Of a stretch of DNA of 45,787 bases, positions 40,656-45,787 are shown piece by piece (the first letter of the stretch is position 1; each line of letters starts with the position of its first letter). The DNA lies in contig CALVGY010000001.1 in assembly GCA_944327215.1 (NCBI GenBank), positions 1 to 45,787 on the forward strand. The letters are read 5' to 3'. The DNA comes from Candidatus Gastranaerophilales bacterium (GTDB taxonomy: Bacteria > Cyanobacteriota > Vampirovibrionia > Gastranaerophilales > Gastranaerophilaceae). A program made the position numbers and the translations under genes. The notes under the pieces were generated by a model. The model did no database searches and was not told where the DNA came from. It saw only the letters and a program-made list of their open reading frames with translations.

Positions 40656-41921
40656 TTATTTATATTTGTTTAAATATTCAGACAAATTATGTTTTCTTTT
40701 CATCGAATTATATGTCATTCGGCGAATTTTTCCGGTTACCAAACTGTCTGCAAATGCGCGATCATGCAAACCTCCGATTGCCCACAAAATCCCGACATAA
40801 CCGTTTGCGGATGGGGAATCAAAACCATATTTGTCATTCATTTTTATTGATATTTCTAAAGCTTCTTTTGGAGAATGAGTCCATTCCAATATTTTTTTTG
40901 CCCAATACATTCTTATATAGCCATGGATTGAACCTTCTTGTTTTAATTGGTTTTGTGCTGCATTCCATAAGTCATCGTCCGTTTTTGCTTCCTCAAATTC
41001 GTGTAAAGAATATATATGTGTGCGAATATCAAGTTTATGTTGGTTTAAAGACTTGATTGCCCAAGACGGAACACTTGAAAAATCTTTAAAACTTTTTGCA
41101 TAAAAACAGAAATTATCTGCAAGTTCTTTTCTTACAATCATGTCTTCCAAAAAGGATTCTTTATTCTCTTTTGAAGCGTTGCATTTTACAATTTCAAGAG
41201 CAACTCTTTGACTTGATATAAAGCCTAAATTTAAATATTTTGATAATCCTGAAACAACATTTTTTGAAGGGTTATTTTTCAATTCCGCATAATCCGAAAG
41301 TTTGTTTTGAATAAAATCTTCCAGAACGAAATCTGCTTCCGTTTTTTCTGGTGCAATATTTTGAAACTCTGTAAGAAAAGGATAAATATTATAATAAATT
41401 TTTCTTCTTATTGTTGCGGCACTGTATTCTTGCTTATTGGAAACAAATCTTGCTGGGATTATGTTATGCCCGTCAATTTCATAAATTTGGCAATTTAAAT
41501 TTTTTAAATAATCTCTTTTTAATATTGGGTTAAAATCAACAATCAAAATTGACGGATTAATATTTTTTATTATGTCATAAGGCTTTTTATCTACTACAGC
41601 AAAATCAATATTCAATTTATCAAATATATTTTGAACTTGTTTTATTTGTCTGTTAATAAAGTTTTGTTTTAATTCATATTCATAATTGATTTTTGGGTGA
41701 ATAATTTTTAAAGATAACCCTAAATCCTTGCTTTTTTGCAATGCAAATTGAAAAGCAAAATTATCTCTTACTCTTATTTCTCGTTCGCAAAGATATAAAA
41801 CATAAGGACTTTTGACAAAATTTTCATTGTAGCGAAAAATTCTTTCAGGATTAACAATTTGTTCAACCTCAAAATTTTTAGAGACATAATCAAGTAAAGA
41901 ATTTTTAGAAAATTTTGACAT
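40656..41921 (-). CDS. phr: Deoxyribodipyrimidine photolyase, class II
   Basis: RVRDNFA, SGLSKYLNLG, RKELADNF, HGYIRMYWAKKILEW and HDRAF motifs. Confidence 0.88.
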   Translation of the reverse strand: MSKFSKNSLLDYVSKNFEVEQIVNPERIFRYNENFVKSPYVLYLCEREIRVRDNFAFQFALQKSKDLGLSLKIIHPKINYEYELKQNFINRQIKQVQNIFDKLNIDFAVVDKKPYDIIKNINPSILIVDFNPILKRDYLKNLNCQIYEIDGHNIIPARFVSNKQEYSAATIRRKIYYNIYPFLTEFQNIAPEKTEADFVLEDFIQNKLSDYAELKNNPSKNVVSGLSKYLNLGFISSQRVALEIVKCNASKENKESFLEDMIVRKELADNFCFYAKSFKDFSSVPSWAIKSLNQHKLDIRTHIYSLHEFEEAKTDDDLWNAAQNQLKQEGSIHGYIRMYWAKKILEWTHSPKEALEISIKMNDKYGFDSPSANGYVGILWAIGGLHDRAFADSLVTGKIRRMTYNSMKRKHNLSEYLNKYK

Positions 41922-42067
41922 TAAAAAATCATAGATAAAATTTTAACATATAACATTAACCAACAATCTAATATTTTAGCTCATTTGAAATCTATTTATT
42001 TTTTTTTGAAATATTACCTAATACCTTTCAACCCCTGTTCCCTTATTATCATTGTCCTATTAATTTA

Positions 42068-42192
42068 TAAAATGTACTTTCGTACATTAGGACTTCTCAT
42101 CAATACTTACACTTACTAAATAAAAAACCGAATAACAAATGCCATTCGGTCTTTTATGGTGGAACTTGACATACGACTTAATACAACAAATT
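42068..42192. repeat. 125-bp direct repeat, copy 1
   Basis: About 90% identical to 43832-43956 (12 mismatches by manual ungapped alignment). Confidence 0.9.
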
Positions 42193-42363
42193 CATAAAAA
42201 TATTGTGTAGTTTTGAATTTAAAGCTCTTCGACATCTGCAGTTTTTTATCCATAATTTCAAAATCATACATCTTAAAAATTGTAACAATGTTTTTATCCA
42301 AAAGACAATTCTTGAGAAGAAAAATACTTTATATAAATATCAGGGGAAAATAAGGATATTTAC

Positions 42364-43560
42364 ATGGGAAAAGTTGATTTAGGAATAAATCTTGCAAAAG
42401 ATGTTGCCGCTTTTTTAAAGGCAGGAAGAGGTCATTCTTTATTACGGAAGCAGCCATCAATTTTTCATGGAATAAATCCTACACTAACTTACCCACCAAC
42501 AGGTAAAACTTTTGCATTACCACGGTTTTGTACAGTTGAGATGAAACAGGCTCGACAAATGAACAGAATTGCATCAAGTCAAATAAAAGCCCCTATAAAT
42601 TCAACTTTTTCTAAAGCAAGTGCTGAAGATTTAAGACGTTTGACCTCACAAACAATTGAAGACAGTTATTCAAGAGTTCTATGGACAAATCCAAAAGATG
42701 GTAAAGTTTATAACCTGTTAAAACAAGGTGAAACAGAAGATGGTAAAGTCCTTGTTCGAATTCTTGATCAAGATGGTGCATTTATTAAAGAGGCTGAGAT
42801 AATGCCTAAAAAAATTGCTATTATTGATGAGTTTGTTGGAAAAAGGGGTGAATATGTACAAGCAACGCACGGTGATATGGTTGTAATATTTGCAAAAAGA
42901 AATAATCCTTTTGCCAAATATGATATTATTGAAAGAAAAAATATAGCTGATGAAAATGAAATACAGAAAATACTTAAGCAAAATAGCTATGATTACATAA
43001 ATTGTTCCTTTGGGACAACAATATTTCCCAAGGACATTTGGGTTGAACTTACGGATTACAATAGTAAAGAGTTGGCTAAAATAGGTCTTGATAGAGACCT
43101 TTTGTTTAATTTTGAATATTCAAATGAGGCTCTATTCAATGCATTTATCAAAGCCAGAAAAGAATTTCCTAATAAGTTCACTGAGGATCATTTATTCGAC
43201 TTTCTAAATAAACTTTCTAAAAAAGGAACTAGAGTTTTAAAAGCAAGTGGAAATGACGGACGTAAAACAGTAGAAGCAGAATTATTATTCAATAACAGAA
43301 TAGAAGGAGTTGGTTCGCTATCATCTTCTGGCAAAATTTCTAATTTTTCATCATCAGGAAATTCAAGATATACACAACACTACGAAAAAGGTGAATTTGA
43401 AGTTAGCAAAACAGAGTATGGATTAAATATTACTGGTATTCCTGGTACTGATATTGATATTGGATCTATAAAATTGGGTGATATGAATGGAACTTCTTTT
43501 TCAACGCCTATCAGAGTTGCGAAACTAGCTCTAAATGACATGATGGAAGGAATTTTGTAA
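42364..43560 (+). CDS. Divergent subtilase (S8) serine protease
   Basis: IAIIDE (Asp), THGDMV (His), ASGNDG (oxyanion Asn), NGTSFSTP (Ser). Confidence 0.8.
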   Translation: MGKVDLGINLAKDVAAFLKAGRGHSLLRKQPSIFHGINPTLTYPPTGKTFALPRFCTVEMKQARQMNRIASSQIKAPINSTFSKASAEDLRRLTSQTIEDSYSRVLWTNPKDGKVYNLLKQGETEDGKVLVRILDQDGAFIKEAEIMPKKIAIIDEFVGKRGEYVQATHGDMVVIFAKRNNPFAKYDIIERKNIADENEIQKILKQNSYDYINCSFGTTIFPKDIWVELTDYNSKELAKIGLDRDLLFNFEYSNEALFNAFIKARKEFPNKFTEDHLFDFLNKLSKKGTRVLKASGNDGRKTVEAELLFNNRIEGVGSLSSSGKISNFSSSGNSRYTQHYEKGEFEVSKTEYGLNITGIPGTDIDIGSIKLGDMNGTSFSTPIRVAKLALNDMMEGIL

Positions 43561-43662
43561 CTTTAATCCCTTTTTTTACATTTCTCAATAAATCAGTAGA
43601 TATAATTTGCCTGCATTCAAGTCAGCAATAATTTCTTCAAATATAAATGTCTTGAAAGCATT

Positions 43663-43684
43663 AAAAAAAGTGCCCGAAGGCACT
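43663..43684 (-). terminator. C(UUCG)G intrinsic terminator
   Basis: Minus strand AGTGCC-TTCG-GGCACT followed by a T-run. Confidence 0.75.
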
Positions 43685-43708
43685 GTAATAGTTCTAATTG
43701 TTTTAAAA

Positions 43709-43956
43709 GGTGGAGGTTAGGAGATTGTCTTGACCTGTTCGCGTTAAACGTGTCTACGGATTTTGCTTCAAAGAACTTACGTTTTTTTTGCAAAAGTCCT
43801 CCGCACTCTGCTCACAGGTCGTTCAAACTCTTAAAATGTGCTTTCGCACATTGGGAGTTCTCATCAATACTTACCTTCACTAAATAAAAAACCGAATAAC
43901 AGATGTCATTCGGTTTTTTATGGTGGACCTTGACATACGACTTAACACAACAAATT
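43709..43956. repeat. Structured tRNA-end-derived element containing 125-bp repeat copy 2 (43832-43956)
   Basis: Nested stems; tRNA-Ala-like 3' end on the minus strand at 43709-43726. Confidence 0.7.
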
Positions 43957-44101
43957 ATCAAAATAGCTTGACTGCTTTGGTTTTATGTATGTCAAAATGG
44001 TACAGTTTTTTCTTCTAACATCTGCTAAAAAATAATACAAAAAAGTGTAAAAATGAAATTAAAAAATCTCTTGATTTTGGCATGACAATCATGTAATATA
44101 T

Positions 44102-44130
44102 AAAAACAAACCCTCTAAAAATAGAGGGTT
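44102..44130 (-). terminator. Terminator for the 42-aa peptide gene
   Basis: AACCCTCTA/TAGAGGGTT stem followed by a T-rich tail on the minus strand. Confidence 0.7.
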
Positions 44131-44165
44131 CGTCAAATAGTCTGTCGAGCGTCTAATTCAGCAGA

Positions 44166-44294
44166 CTATTTTTTCTTTGAAGGTTTATTATTTGGACGTG
44201 GTTCTGAAACTGTAGTTTTTGGATGACTCTCAGCATATTTTTTAGTAACATACTGTCCAGTTCCTGCGTCTCTATAATTCCTTTTCTGAGCCAT
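44166..44294 (-). CDS. 42-aa basic microprotein (RDAGTGQYVT...HPKTTVSE type)
   Basis: GAGGAG RBS; own TTTACA-N18-TATAAT promoter with TG extension (44355-44384); terminator. Confidence 0.75.
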   Translation of the reverse strand: MAQKRNYRDAGTGQYVTKKYAESHPKTTVSEPRPNNKPSKKK

Positions 44295-44474
44295 TTTTGT
44301 CTCTCCTCGAAATTTTATCCCCCTTGCGACTATTAGGTTCGTACCTACATAACAATTATAGCAATTTTTTAGCTGGCATGTAAAAAAACACCCCATTTTA
44401 TAGGTCTGCATGCCTAAACTGTAACATTATTTTACAAAACACATTAACTAAACAAGCAACATAAGGCAATTAAA

Positions 44475-45329
44475 CTACCAATCTAAAGGTTTTTTAAGTT
44501 CACAATAAGGAGAAGGAAATTGATAATATGACAATTGTCCCAATTTTAATCTATATTCTTCGGCTCCTAAATTCGTAAAATTTTCAATTTTATACCTCGG
44601 CTCTGAAAACTCTTTTTTTACGAATTGACCATTTTCTTCAACACTCTTAAAATATACTTCCTTTGTATGAGGAGCAACAATCACAATTTCTTTTTTCAAC
44701 TTTAAATCTTCAGGATTATTCTTATTATACTCTTCAAGTTTTGGATTTAGTACGTTTAAAATGTAATCTACAACTGGTACAAAATCCGAGTCAGTACTAA
44801 AAATATATATTAAATCTACATTATCTGTTATTGCATCAACTAGAATATCTCTAGCAATGTTAACATCTGTTTGTTTTTCTTCAGGATGCTGTGCTCTTTT
44901 ATATTCGGATAAATTAAGATTTGATTTACATTTATGGCAAGTAACTCCCTCATCTTTTGTTATATTATAGTCTCTTAAAAATATAATTTCATTACAATTA
45001 GAACAATTTAGATGGCAAGAAAGATAGACTTCTCTTAACTTATATTTACCTTTTATTACTTTAACACCAGATTTTTCTAAAGCTTTTATATATGTTTCAT
45101 GTTTTATCTGACTGTCTTTTGGACGATATGTATTAATAGCAGTATAAAAGTTAACTCTCAGACTACTTTTATCAACATCCTTACAACCTTTTAAAATTTT
45201 CTTTTCTATTAATTGTTTATAATCTAACCATTTTAAATTTCTAGAAAAAGGAGTTTTATGCAAATAATCAACTATTGCATAATAGAAGTTAAACCCATCA
45301 ATATAAACTGCTACCCTTTTTTTAGCCAT
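44475..45329 (-). CDS. NYN (LabA/DUF88, PIN-like) ribonuclease with zinc-ribbon insertion
   Basis: YIDGFNFY, EEKQTDV and STDSDFVP motifs; CSNC and CHKC insert. Confidence 0.88.
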   Translation of the reverse strand: MAKKRVAVYIDGFNFYYAIVDYLHKTPFSRNLKWLDYKQLIEKKILKGCKDVDKSSLRVNFYTAINTYRPKDSQIKHETYIKALEKSGVKVIKGKYKLREVYLSCHLNCSNCNEIIFLRDYNITKDEGVTCHKCKSNLNLSEYKRAQHPEEKQTDVNIARDILVDAITDNVDLIYIFSTDSDFVPVVDYILNVLNPKLEEYNKNNPEDLKLKKEIVIVAPHTKEVYFKSVEENGQFVKKEFSEPRYKIENFTNLGAEEYRLKLGQLSYYQFPSPYCELKKPLDW

Positions 45330-45342
45330 CTACTTCCCCTTT

Positions 45343-45408
45343 AAAAATCCGGAGGGGCCTTAAAAGGCCCCTACCTAGTCTCCGAGAGCAAGCTCTACGG
45401 CGTGTAAT
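45343..45408 (-). ncRNA. Structured GC-rich leader RNA upstream of the NYN gene
   Basis: Hairpins CCG(T)AGAG-CTTG-CTCTCGG and AGGGGCCT-TTTA-AGGCCCCT, then CCGGATTTTT. Confidence 0.5.
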
Positions 45409-45414
45409 ACTATA

Positions 45415-45442
45415 ATTATACTTGTTAAATTTTAGATGTCAA
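45415..45442 (-). promoter_or_regulatory. Consensus sigma70 promoter
   Basis: TTGACA-N16-TATAAT on the minus strand. Confidence 0.75.
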
Positions 45443-45787
45443 AAATTTTATGAAATTTTATTCTTTATAATATCAGGATACATCAATTTTGCTATTAAGA
45501 AATTATATAAATGGACTATTCTGTGCAAATCAATTCCTACTTTTAGAGTAGCTAATATTAATATTATAACAAATTGTTAAGAATTTGACAAGTTTAAAGT
45601 GACAAATTTTAAGTAAAATTAAGCATGCAAACAAATTTGATATAGATAGCAAAAAAAAAATTTATGCTCAAATAATCTTTAGTTTTCAAGTCAAAAACAA
45701 AAGATTTGATTTTTATAAATTACGAAATCATCAATAAAACAGCTCTTAAATAGATAATGATAAACTTTAAAAACTTTATATCTCTTT

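Noticed and set aside
42116..42301. 61-aa minus-strand ORF
   Set aside because: Runs through the repeat and its hairpin, has no RBS, and the equivalent position in copy 2 has no comparable listed ORF.
42068..43956. CRISPR array or IS ends
   Set aside because: Only two 125-bp direct copies 1.76 kb apart; no cas or transposase genes and no spacer periodicity.
44295..44411. N-terminal extension of the 81-aa ORF
   Set aside because: The promoter and RBS lie inside it; the true start is ATG 44294.
45443..45787. AT-rich tail with an A10 run
   Set aside because: No ORF or clear structure; cut by the window edge.

Overview
AT-rich bacterial chromosomal segment, most likely from Candidatus Melainabacteria (Gastranaerophilales-like). 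This is inferred from the AFTLAEVLITL prepilin-type gene, the EF-hand and Cys-rich orphan proteins, and a cyanobacteria-like tRNA-Ala end. It holds about 45 CDS, mostly housekeeping: a GGDEF/HD-GYP protein, Nudix, Cof, ispF, an AlkD-like protein, CDF, DUF47-pit, bioB, pnuC, ilvE, MATE, eno, engB, xerC, TrmB, tdk, an SLH protein, EndoQ and bcp. There is one tRNA(CAT) and no CRISPR array. Two accessory zones stand out. The first (about 16.6-19.8 kb) carries a pilin-like gene and two GT2 genes next to the tRNA(CAT) and a tandem tRNA-derived copy with hairpin insertions. The second (about 36.8-45.8 kb) carries a Type IIG R-M gene, a class II photolyase, a subtilase flanked by 125-bp structured repeats, a 42-aa peptide gene, and a NYN RNase with a structured leader RNA. 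Best leads: a bacterial homolog of mitochondrial MTFP1/MTP18, a NYN-plus-leader-RNA module resembling an RNA-antitoxin system, and tRNA-end-derived repeats that may delimit gene cassettes. All family assignments come from motif recognition by eye; no searches were run.
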